From Alphaproteobacteria bacterium (GTDB lineage Bacteria; Pseudomonadota; Alphaproteobacteria; Rs-D84), in NCBI GenBank assembly GCA_017513285.1, contig JAFXGD010000001.1, positions 1 through 48,539 on the forward strand: a stretch of DNA of 48,539 nt, written 5' to 3'. This document shows, piece after piece, positions 1-6,533 of the stretch. The first letter of the stretch is position 1. The number at the start of each line of letters is the position of its first letter. The notes beneath the pieces were generated by a model that saw only the letters and a program-made list of their open reading frames with translations, did not search any database and had not been told where the DNA came from. The position numbers and the translations under genes are program-made.

Positions 1-206
1 ATTCCCCGGGTTGCCGGTCGTGCGAACACTTTTACAGGACCGGAACCGGGATGTTCTTTTGGTGCAACGCCGGTTCCGAATCCGTCCCGAATATGACACG
101 GGAAATATTGCACCCAAAACCCAAGCGTGGACGGCCACGAAAAACCGACGTCCCCGCAAAGGCCAAAAAGAAGCCCGTAAAGACACGCAAAAAGAAAAAT
201 GGATAA
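1..206 (+). CDS. 3' fragment of a Cys-rich small protein with a basic AT-hook-like tail (truncated copy of 46136..46405)
   Basis: Identical to the 3' part of 46136..46405, cut by the window start. Confidence 0.5.
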   Translation, partial: SPGCRSCEHFYRTGTGMFFWCNAGSESVPNMTREILHPKPKRGRPRKTDVPAKAKKKPVKTRKKKNG

Positions 207-429
207 GTTGTACCAAGACGGGACGAAATGCCCGCAAATCGAAAATTTGGAAAAAATAACGCCCGAACAGGCGGCCGAATACGTGCGTTTCGTCGCACAC
301 GTCCGGCACACGCAACGCCGGTATTTCACTTTCCGCAAACCGGAAATCTTGGATGAATCCCGGCGGTTGGAAAAAGAGTTGGACGCCCTTAACGCGCATT
401 TGTTGGACCCAACGCCGAAATTGTTTTGA
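199..429 (+). CDS. hypothetical protein (76 aa)
   Basis: ORF track. Tightly packed with its neighbours on the coding strand. Confidence 0.6.
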   Translation: MDKLYQDGTKCPQIENLEKITPEQAAEYVRFVAHVRHTQRRYFTFRKPEILDESRRLEKELDALNAHLLDPTPKLF

Positions 430-430
430 T

Positions 431-682
431 ATGACGAAAGAACAATGCGGCCGTTGCAAAATGTTGGATTGGATGAATACACGGACCGGCCCGAAAGACT
501 GTTGCCGTTACTTTTATCCGCCGGAAGCGTTGGAAAACGTCGTGTGCAAACAAACCCAATACGGGTACGGTATTTTGGTTGAACCAAGTTTGAAAAAGGA
601 TGAAAGGATTAAAACCGTTGACCGTTCCGTTGTTGGCCGTAAATCATTACGGCCCGGAACATCAAAAGCAAAAGGCCGTTGA
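431..682 (+). CDS. Cys-rich small protein (MTKEQCGRC...CC), 83 aa
   Basis: ATG at 431 lies 2 nt after the previous stop. The CxxC...CC pattern resembles other mini-proteins in this genome. The 3' end overlaps the 600..920 ORF by 83 nt. Confidence 0.5.
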   Translation: MTKEQCGRCKMLDWMNTRTGPKDCCRYFYPPEALENVVCKQTQYGYGILVEPSLKKDERIKTVDRSVVGRKSLRPGTSKAKGR

Positions 683-920
683 AGAAATGGGCGAATTGAT
701 AACCGCGTTGTCCCGGGAACAGGACGGCCGCGCCACGCCGGAACAGGTAATAACCGAAATCGCCGACGTTCATTTGATGTTACGCCAATTGATGGTTATT
801 TACGGGTTGGATGCCTGTTTGAAAGAATACGACCGGAAGCAACGCCGGTTGTTGCGCCGGATGGATAAGGAAAACGGCGGCGATTACCGAAAAGAAAAAG
901 ACGATGGGAACAAAGGTTGA
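600..920 (+). CDS. mazG: MazG-like nucleoside triphosphate pyrophosphohydrolase
   Basis: EEMGELITAL ... EIADVHLMLRQL matches the two acidic helices (EExxE / ExxD) typical of small all-alpha MazG-type NTP-PPases. Confidence 0.6.
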   Translation: MKGLKPLTVPLLAVNHYGPEHQKQKAVEEMGELITALSREQDGRATPEQVITEIADVHLMLRQLMVIYGLDACLKEYDRKQRRLLRRMDKENGGDYRKEKDDGNKG

Positions 921-1107
921 CGCGTATATTGCACGGGACCCGAACGGGATTTGCCGGGTTATGGTCAAGCGGGCCAAATTCAAACATTGGTTCGAATTGG
1001 GCCAACACGGGCCGACCGACGCCGCGTTTGAACAGGCGTTGGCGGCCGGAACGGTCCGATGGAATCCGGCGATTGAGGACAAAACAAGACTTTTTCGAAA
1101 AATTTAG
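904..1107 (+). CDS. hypothetical protein (67 aa)
   Basis: ORF track. Overlaps the upstream gene end by 17 nt, consistent with operon packing. Confidence 0.55.
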   Translation: MGTKVDAYIARDPNGICRVMVKRAKFKHWFELGQHGPTDAAFEQALAAGTVRWNPAIEDKTRLFRKI

Positions 1108-1116
1108 CGAAAAATG

Positions 1117-1147
1117 TTTGGAAATATAAAAATTATCCTTACCTTTG
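1117..1147 (+). promoter_or_regulatory. Bacteroidota-type promoter (-33 TTTG 1117..1120, -7 TACCTTTG 1140..1147, 19-nt spacer)
   Basis: Read directly. About 60 nt here are near-identical to 39160..39200 and similar to 36700..36740 and 40230..40265. Confidence 0.75.
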
Positions 1148-1175
1148 TATCGGGTTAAGGAAATGACCCAACCGC

Positions 1176-1191
1176 CCGGGCGGGTTCCCGG
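1176..1191 (+). promoter_or_regulatory. 5'-leader stem-loop CCGGG-CGGGTT-CCCGG
   Basis: One of six copies of a 5-bp stem with a 6-nt loop, located 15-30 nt upstream of start codons. Stem pairs covary between copies. Confidence 0.6.
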
Positions 1192-1206
1192 TTAAAGATT
1201 AAGACA

Positions 1207-1446
1207 ATGAGAACAGAAATTTTGAAACAGATGATGAACGCCAAGATTGGGGCGATTGCCGGAACGACTGTTGACGTAACCGTTTTGTCCGGACGAAAGA
1301 AAGGCGGAATTTATCTTACCGTGGAAATTGAGGGTAACAACACCAACGCCGTTTCCGCAATCGAAAATTTCTTTGGGCCGAAATTTGACGGTTCAGAATA
1401 TGACGAAGAATTGAACTATACGTATTGCGGAATCGAACTTGAATAA
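1207..1446 (+). CDS. hypothetical early protein (79 aa)
   Basis: First ORF after the strong promoter and leader hairpin. Confidence 0.7.
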   Translation: MRTEILKQMMNAKIGAIAGTTVDVTVLSGRKKGGIYLTVEIEGNNTNAVSAIENFFGPKFDGSEYDEELNYTYCGIELE

Positions 1447-1453
1447 CAGGAAT

Positions 1454-1524
1454 TGCGCCGTGGTGTAATGGTAACACCCAAGTTTTTGGCACTTGTATTC
1501 CCCGTTCGAATCGGGGCGGCGCAA
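1454..1524 (+). tRNA. tRNA-Gln (anticodon TTG)
   Basis: Cloverleaf folded by hand. Acceptor TGCGCCG/CGGCGCA, D arm GTGT-AATGGTA-ACAC, anticodon arm CAAGT-TTTTGGC-ACTTG, variable TATT, T arm CCCCG-TTCGAAT-CGGGG, discriminator A. No encoded CCA. Confidence 0.85.
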
Positions 1525-1532
1525 CAAAGAAT

Positions 1533-2006
1533 ATGAATAGAAAATACAAAAATACCGACGCGGAATTTATCGAAGCCGCCGCGCAATCAAAGAGTATTGC
1601 GGAAATGTGCCGCCGTCTTGGACGGTCGCAATTTGGCGGTTCATATAAGATTATCCACGCGAAAATACGGGAATTGAACATTGACATTTCCCATTTCACG
1701 GGTTCTGTATGGAATAAGGGTAAAACGGGCGGCGTTGGTCCCCGTGTCCCGGACAACATCGTATTTTCGGTTAATTCGCCGTATAAGTGTTCGAATAACT
1801 TGCGTAACCGGTTGTTTGTCGGCGGATATAAGGAAAGGAAATGCGAAATTTGCGGTAATACTGAATGGAACGGAAAACCGATTCCGTTACAGGTCTACCA
1901 CATTAACGGGATAAACACGGATAACCGTTTGGAAAACTTGCAAATCCTTTGTCCGAATTGCCACGCACAAACGGAAACATACGCCGGAAAGAATAGTAAA
2001 AAATAA
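1533..2006 (+). CDS. HNH homing endonuclease inserted between two tRNA genes
   Basis: C-terminal CEICG...VYHINGINTDNRLENLQILCPNCH is a classic HNH ββα-metal motif with two CxxC pairs. The ORF starts 9 nt after tRNA-Gln and ends 2 nt before tRNA-Leu. Confidence 0.85.
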   Translation: MNRKYKNTDAEFIEAAAQSKSIAEMCRRLGRSQFGGSYKIIHAKIRELNIDISHFTGSVWNKGKTGGVGPRVPDNIVFSVNSPYKCSNNLRNRLFVGGYKERKCEICGNTEWNGKPIPLQVYHINGINTDNRLENLQILCPNCHAQTETYAGKNSKK

Positions 2007-2007
2007 T

Positions 2008-2090
2008 GGCCCTTTGGCGAAATTGGGATACGCGCAAAACTCAAAATTTTGTACCTTAACGGTGTGCCGGTTCGATTCCGGCAAGGGCCA
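2008..2090 (+). tRNA. tRNA-Leu (anticodon CAA), type II with long variable arm
   Basis: Acceptor GGCCCTT/AAGGGCC, 3-bp D stem GCG/CGC with an 11-nt loop, anticodon arm CAAAA-CTCAAAA-TTTTG, 14-nt variable arm, T arm GCCGG-TTCGATT-CCGGC, discriminator A. Confidence 0.85.
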
Positions 2091-2099
2091 CAAAACCGA

Positions 2100-2115
2100 C
2101 CGGGCGGATTCCCGG
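2100..2115 (+). promoter_or_regulatory. Leader stem-loop CCGGG-CGGATT-CCCGG
   Basis: Same hairpin family, located between tRNA-Leu and the ATPase gene. Identical to the copy at 40596..40611. Confidence 0.55.
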
Positions 2116-2146
2116 GATGTTAAACCAATAAACAGGCGATACAATT

Positions 2147-3568
2147 ATGTACATCAAGAAATTGGAACTTTTGAATTTCCAAGTAATTGAGAAATTCGAC
2201 GCCGACTTTGACGGAACGGTTTATTTCGTGACCGGCGACAACGAATTGGGTAAATCCACGTTGTTAAAAGCAATCGGCGCATTGTTGACCGGCCAACGCG
2301 ACGACGTGTTGCGCAACGGCGCATCCAAGGGTTTTGCCAAAATGGTTGTGGGCGACGACGGCGAAGAATACGACGTACAATTGTCGTTCACGGAAGCGAA
2401 CCCACGCGGAACGCTTACCATCAAACAGAAAACAACCGGTATGGCGACCAACAACGTTTCGATGTTACAACGCATATTCGGGTATCAAGATTTCGACGCC
2501 GTGGAATTTTCCCGTTGGTCCGAAACCGCCGACGGCCGCCGCAAACAAATTGCCGTGGTTAAGGCCCTGTTGCCCGAAAAGGTCCGGAACCGGATTGCCG
2601 AAATTGACGAATCGGTAAAGACGTTGAAAGAGGAACGCACCGGCGTAAACCGCGACGTCAAGACGTTTGCCGGATTCGTGGACACGATGGCCAAACAGTT
2701 GGACCCGGACGACCTTAAAAAATACGCCGAACCCGTGGACGTTACCGAATTGATGGAACGCCAAGAAACCAACGCAAAGTTGATTGAAAAGGCCAAGACG
2801 GTACGCGCTGCGATTGAGCAACGCAAACAACAGATTGCCGCCATTCCGGGCCGCATCGAAGCGGAAAAGGCCAAGGCCGACGAAACCCGGGCCGTGTACG
2901 CCCAACGCGTGGAATCCGCCCGCATCCTGTACGAAAAGGCCATTGCCGAACAAAAGGAAGCGGAACAAAAGATTGTCGCCCAATACGACGCCAACGTTGC
3001 CGCCATTGAAGCGGAACGCGCCGATTTCGAAAGCCGCAAGGCCAACGGCGAAGATTGGATTAAACGGTACGAAGCGAACAACCCGGAAAACACCAACGTT
3101 CCGGCCCTGTTGGCGGAAGCGGAAGCCCATAACAAGCGTTACCACGTCGTTTGCCAATACAGGGAAAAGAAAGCCCAATACGACGCGTTCAAGGCCAAAT
3201 CCGAACAGATGGACGCCGACATTGCCAAATTGGCCGACGAACGCGCCACGTTGATTGCAAACGCCGAATTACCGATTGCCGGGTTGTCGTTCACGGACGA
3301 CGGGTTGGAATTGAACGGCGTTCCGTTCGTCCCCGGGAAAGTAAGCGATTCCCAAACGATGGAAATTGCGGCCAAATTGGTTATCGCATCCAATCCGAAA
3401 GTAAAGGTTTTCAGAATCGCCCGTGGCGAATCGTTGGGCCAAAAGCGGCTTGAAACGATTATTGACATTGCCCGCCGTAACGGATTCCAAGGGTTTTTAG
3501 AATGTGTTGTTAGAGGACAGGAAGAAATGCACATTGAAGAATATACGGAATTTCAGAAAAAACAGTAA
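2147..3568 (+). CDS. SMC/Rad50/SbcC-like AAA ATPase (recombination/repair)
   Basis: N-terminal MYIKKLELLNFQ...VTGDNELGKSTLL (P-loop), a long central coiled coil rich in A/E/K, and a C-terminal globular part. Confidence 0.7.
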   Translation: MYIKKLELLNFQVIEKFDADFDGTVYFVTGDNELGKSTLLKAIGALLTGQRDDVLRNGASKGFAKMVVGDDGEEYDVQLSFTEANPRGTLTIKQKTTGMATNNVSMLQRIFGYQDFDAVEFSRWSETADGRRKQIAVVKALLPEKVRNRIAEIDESVKTLKEERTGVNRDVKTFAGFVDTMAKQLDPDDLKKYAEPVDVTELMERQETNAKLIEKAKTVRAAIEQRKQQIAAIPGRIEAEKAKADETRAVYAQRVESARILYEKAIAEQKEAEQKIVAQYDANVAAIEAERADFESRKANGEDWIKRYEANNPENTNVPALLAEAEAHNKRYHVVCQYREKKAQYDAFKAKSEQMDADIAKLADERATLIANAELPIAGLSFTDDGLELNGVPFVPGKVSDSQTMEIAAKLVIASNPKVKVFRIARGESLGQKRLETIIDIARRNGFQGFLECVVRGQEEMHIEEYTEFQKKQ

Positions 3569-3573
3569 CTTTG
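3566..3573 (+). promoter_or_regulatory. -7 promoter motif TAACTTTG for the HNH cassette
   Basis: Matches TAnnTTTG and overlaps the stop codon of the ATPase gene. Confidence 0.5.
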
Positions 3574-3576
3574 CAA

Positions 3577-3668
3577 TGCGCGGATAGGATGAATTTGCAA
3601 CCCATCCGAAAAGGTACGCCGATTGCCCGGCCGCGCATTTTCAATCAATCGGCAACATATTAAATCGG
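3577..3668 (+). ncRNA. Structured 5' leader of an HNH gene (copy 1)
   Basis: Outer stem TGCGCGG/CCGCGCA, hairpin GGATG...CATCC. Internal CCGATTG (3619..3625) is complementary to CAATCGG (3646..3652) and to AATCGG (3663..3668). About 90% identical to 8558..8650 with compensatory changes. Confidence 0.6.
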
Positions 3669-3674
3669 CAAGAA

Positions 3675-4187
3675 ATGCAAAGTGAAATTTGGAAAGAAAT
3701 TCCCGGATACAACGGGCGTTATTTGATTAGTCAAACCGGCAATGTTTATTCGCGGTATCTTAAAAGGAAAATGAAACCGGCAAATCGTGGGAATGGTTAT
3801 TATTTTGTCCGTCTTTGTAATAAGGGGGAAATGAAAAATGTAATGATTCATAGACTTGTCGCGGCGGCCTTTGTACCGAATCCGGACGGATTAACGGAAA
3901 TTGACCATATAGACGGGAATAAGGAAAATAACGTTTATACCAATTTGCGTTACGTTTCCCATCTTGACAATATGAGAAACCCGAATACAGAACCACAACG
4001 ATTTGAAGCAATCCGAAAGAAACAAGGTATTCCCGTAATTGCTTTTTTGAACGGAAAACGTGTTGGGAAATATTCTTGTTTGATGGAAGCCGCCCGCGAT
4101 TTGGGTTTGTCCTGTTCACATATAGCAAAACATTTGAAAGGTTATTTTACCCACGTAAAAGGATATAAATTTGAACGGGTATGTTAG
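3675..4187 (+). CDS. HNH homing endonuclease (NUMOD4-like N-terminus plus HNH_3/AP2-like core)
   Basis: MQSEIWKEIPGY...G.V.S...HRLVAAAFVPNP...EIDHIDGNKENN...NLRYVSHLDNMRN. Paralogous to 7627, 8656, 22192 and 23886. Confidence 0.85.
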   Translation: MQSEIWKEIPGYNGRYLISQTGNVYSRYLKRKMKPANRGNGYYFVRLCNKGEMKNVMIHRLVAAAFVPNPDGLTEIDHIDGNKENNVYTNLRYVSHLDNMRNPNTEPQRFEAIRKKQGIPVIAFLNGKRVGKYSCLMEAARDLGLSCSHIAKHLKGYFTHVKGYKFERVC

Positions 4188-4597
4188 ACAAAGAAACGAA
4201 ACGAAAGATTGCGTCTTGCAAGGCGTTACAGGGAAAGACGGTCGAAGATTTCATTAAAAACGACCGGTTCCGCGAAAACTTGGCCGGTTACTTGACCGAA
4301 CAACGGGAAACCCGCAAGACGGCCCGCGCATCATACGCGGCGATGCGAAAGGTTGGCGGCGCAAAGGGTTACAAATTGCCCGCCCACGTATGCGACAAAT
4401 TCATTGACGTTTCCGTTGACCTGTTCGCCGAACTGTTTAAGGCCGTAATTTCCAACCGATACAACGGCCCGTTTGCCGAACGTCAATACATCCGACAATT
4501 GGGGATGCAAGCGTACAATTTGACCGTCGCCCAATATGTCGTTGAGGAATACCCCGAATTAGAACCCGTCTTAATACCAAAGTCAAAAACAAACTAA
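4181..4597 (+). CDS. hypothetical protein (138 aa)
   Basis: ORF track, overlapping the upstream gene end. Confidence 0.7.
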   Translation: MLDKETKRKIASCKALQGKTVEDFIKNDRFRENLAGYLTEQRETRKTARASYAAMRKVGGAKGYKLPAHVCDKFIDVSVDLFAELFKAVISNRYNGPFAERQYIRQLGMQAYNLTVAQYVVEEYPELEPVLIPKSKTN

Positions 4598-4599
4598 TT

Positions 4600-4854
4600 A
4601 TGGATACCAAAATACAGTCAATCAAAAGGGATGCGGCCATTAAGAAAATTATAAACGCATTGATTGGGGGCCGCCATTTATCGTTGTTCGATTCCGCCGA
4701 ATTTGGCGTATCGGAAATGCACACTTGTTTTTGTAAAATTCGCCAAAAGATACGTGACGGCAAGATTACCGGTTACGTTATGAAAGATTGTTGGCGTATC
4801 AATGTAAACAATATCCGATACAAAGAATATTGGTTCGAAGATGGACGTAATTAG
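4600..4854 (+). CDS. hypothetical protein (84 aa)
   Basis: ORF track. 2-nt gap from the previous stop. Confidence 0.65.
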   Translation: MDTKIQSIKRDAAIKKIINALIGGRHLSLFDSAEFGVSEMHTCFCKIRQKIRDGKITGYVMKDCWRINVNNIRYKEYWFEDGRN

Positions 4855-5251
4855 CGAATCCGGCATTATTACGGACAAAGGACAATTGCGGTTGCCGATG
4901 GACCGGTTAAACGCGTTTTTCGCGGCCAATAAGGGCAAACGGGTTGTCGTCCGGTTCGAAGCCGACACGCCCGGTTCAACGGCCTTGCAACAGGCGTATT
5001 ATTACAATTACGTTGTTCCGACTATAAAGGCGGCATTATATGAAAAGGGCGAACGTTTTACGGAATCCGGCGTTGATAGGTGGATAATAAATAATTACCC
5101 GTTAAGCAAAGATTTGTTTACGGAAGATGGCAACCCCAAGGTTGTAGGCAAGCAATTGACAATTTCGGAAATGTTTGATTTGTTGGAATGGTTGAAACAG
5201 TTTGCCGCCGAAAACCTGTACGTTTACATTGAGGACCCGCGAACACTTTAA
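4841..5251 (+). CDS. hypothetical protein (136 aa)
   Basis: ORF track. Confidence 0.7.
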   Translation: MDVISESGIITDKGQLRLPMDRLNAFFAANKGKRVVVRFEADTPGSTALQQAYYYNYVVPTIKAALYEKGERFTESGVDRWIINNYPLSKDLFTEDGNPKVVGKQLTISEMFDLLEWLKQFAAENLYVYIEDPRTL

Positions 5252-5262
5252 TAATTACCGAT

Positions 5263-5430
5263 ATGCGAAAGATTAACGAAAACGATTACGTTTCATTCAC
5301 GATTTCCAAAGGATGGAATCTTACGGTTAACGAATGGAAAACCGCGTTAAAGGAATGGAACAATTTAACGTCCGGAACACTTTACGGCAATAAGCCCGAC
5401 GGAACCCGCGCAATCATTGATTCCAAGTAA
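5263..5430 (+). CDS. hypothetical small protein (55 aa, below the ORF-track cutoff)
   Basis: Hand translation gives MRKINENDYVSFTISKGWNLTVNEWKTALKEWNNLTSGTLYGNKPDGTRAIIDSK. It fills an otherwise empty gap on the coding strand. Confidence 0.5.
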   Translation: MRKINENDYVSFTISKGWNLTVNEWKTALKEWNNLTSGTLYGNKPDGTRAIIDSK

Positions 5431-5456
5431 AAAAACACAAAAGGCGATACGACATT

Positions 5457-6320
5457 ATGACGATTAACGACGTTTTATTTTTCGATACTGAAACGACCGG
5501 TATTCCGGACCGCGCCGCCAAATGGGACGTTGACTTTATGCAATACCCGCACGTGGTGCAAATGGCGTGGATTCACGGTTGCAAGGTAGAAAACCACATT
5601 ATCCGGCCGGATGGTTGGACCATCCCGGACGAAACCGTGGAAATCCACGGAATAACGAACGAATACGCGATGGAACACGGCGAACCGTTCGCCGCCGTCG
5701 TGGATATGTTCATATCGGATTGCCACGACGCCGGGTTGATATGTGGCCATAACATCCATTTCGATACCGGCATTGTCAAAGCAAACATCTTGCGCGAACT
5801 TGGCCGGGAATACTACGACGCAAACGACGTGGAAACGGCGTTGTATAAGGGCAAGCGAATTGACACGATGCGTTCGACAATGAAATGGGTTGATGCCCGC
5901 AACAGTTGGGGAAAACTGAAATTCCCGAATCTTGGCGAACTGTATGCCCGTTGTTTCCCGGGCGAAACGTTCCCGGCACACGATGCGTTGGAAGATACGA
6001 AAGCGGTTGCCCGTTGTTTGCCCGTATTGGTTGATATGGGTTTGTTGGAATTGAAAGTGAAAGAATACGCCGAACAGGCGACCGACCCGGGAACAACGGT
6101 TGTCCGAATCGCCGAAATTGCAAGCGACGCCGCCAAGATTGCGGCCGATGCGGCAAAGAAATTCGGCTCGGCCCGGGAAACGGCCGGAAACGGCCCTATT
6201 TTGGACGCAAAACAAAAAGATGATAAATTACCAATCCAACCGGCGAAAGCCCCGGAAATCGAAAATTTCACAAAAATAAGCGATGCGGCGGCCGAACTGT
6301 TGGACCAAAACGATTTCTAA
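5457..6320 (+). CDS. DEDDh 3'-5' exonuclease (DnaQ/epsilon-like) with a C-terminal extension
   Basis: Exo I FFDTETTG, Exo II GHNIHFDTGI, Exo III HDALEDT. Confidence 0.85.
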   Translation: MTINDVLFFDTETTGIPDRAAKWDVDFMQYPHVVQMAWIHGCKVENHIIRPDGWTIPDETVEIHGITNEYAMEHGEPFAAVVDMFISDCHDAGLICGHNIHFDTGIVKANILRELGREYYDANDVETALYKGKRIDTMRSTMKWVDARNSWGKLKFPNLGELYARCFPGETFPAHDALEDTKAVARCLPVLVDMGLLELKVKEYAEQATDPGTTVVRIAEIASDAAKIAADAAKKFGSARETAGNGPILDAKQKDDKLPIQPAKAPEIENFTKISDAAAELLDQNDF

Positions 6321-6322
6321 TT

Positions 6323-6520
6323 ATGCCAAAGACGATTGAATTTCACAACACGCCCGGATTAACCCGGGAATACGTCAACAATTGGTTGGTTCACGCCCGC
6401 AAGGACAAAGCGGCCCCGGCGCAAATCGCCGTATTGGAAGATGTTTTGCAACTGATTGATGTTGCGTTGTCAGTTTTAGAACCCGGACCGGCGGCCCCGG
6501 AAAAAAAGAAACAATCCTAA
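6323..6520 (+). CDS. hypothetical protein (65 aa)
   Basis: ORF track. Confidence 0.6.
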   Translation: MPKTIEFHNTPGLTREYVNNWLVHARKDKAAPAQIAVLEDVLQLIDVALSVLEPGPAAPEKKKQS

Positions 6521-6533
6521 TTCAAAAAGCGAT

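Larger units (their letters stand above)
1..2340. repeat. Terminal direct repeat, copy A (equals 46200..48539, offset 46199)
   Basis: Every ORF in 11..2144 reappears with an identical protein at +46199. Sequence read at both ends matches base for base. Confidence 0.97.

Noticed and set aside
585-682. Possible programmed frameshift joining the Cys-rich ORF 431..682 to the MazG-like ORF 600..920. They overlap by 83 nt, and G AAA AAG lies near 590.
   Set aside because: The MazG frame is +1, not -1, relative to the upstream ORF. The dnaX-like heptamer therefore cannot link them, and it is imperfect in any case (G rather than A in the first position). A simple overlap or a later alternative start (TTG at 618, 630 or 633) is more parsimonious. 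This is worth only a proteomic check.
2465-3178. Long minus-strand ORFs opposite + genes, e.g. 2465..3178, 5475..6215, 12836..13411, 16600..17067, 17439..18308, 18423..19523, 26157..27164, 28993..28586-type ORFs, 40322..40948, 42193..42903, 43792..44598 and 45968..46786.
   Set aside because: They fully overlap + strand ORFs that carry recognisable motifs or fit the tight operon packing. Their translations are low-complexity (Arg/Gly/Phe/Val-rich) mirror images, and they lack promoter motifs. I treated them as shadow ORFs.
3577-3668. The HNH leader as a group I intron fragment, or as the HEARO/omega-RNA associated with IscB-type HNH proteins.
   Set aside because: No split host gene flanks either copy; the neighbouring ORFs are complete. 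The element is only about 100 nt. The associated proteins are 127-170-aa free-standing NUMOD4/HNH_3-type endonucleases, not 400+-aa IscB with RuvC segments.
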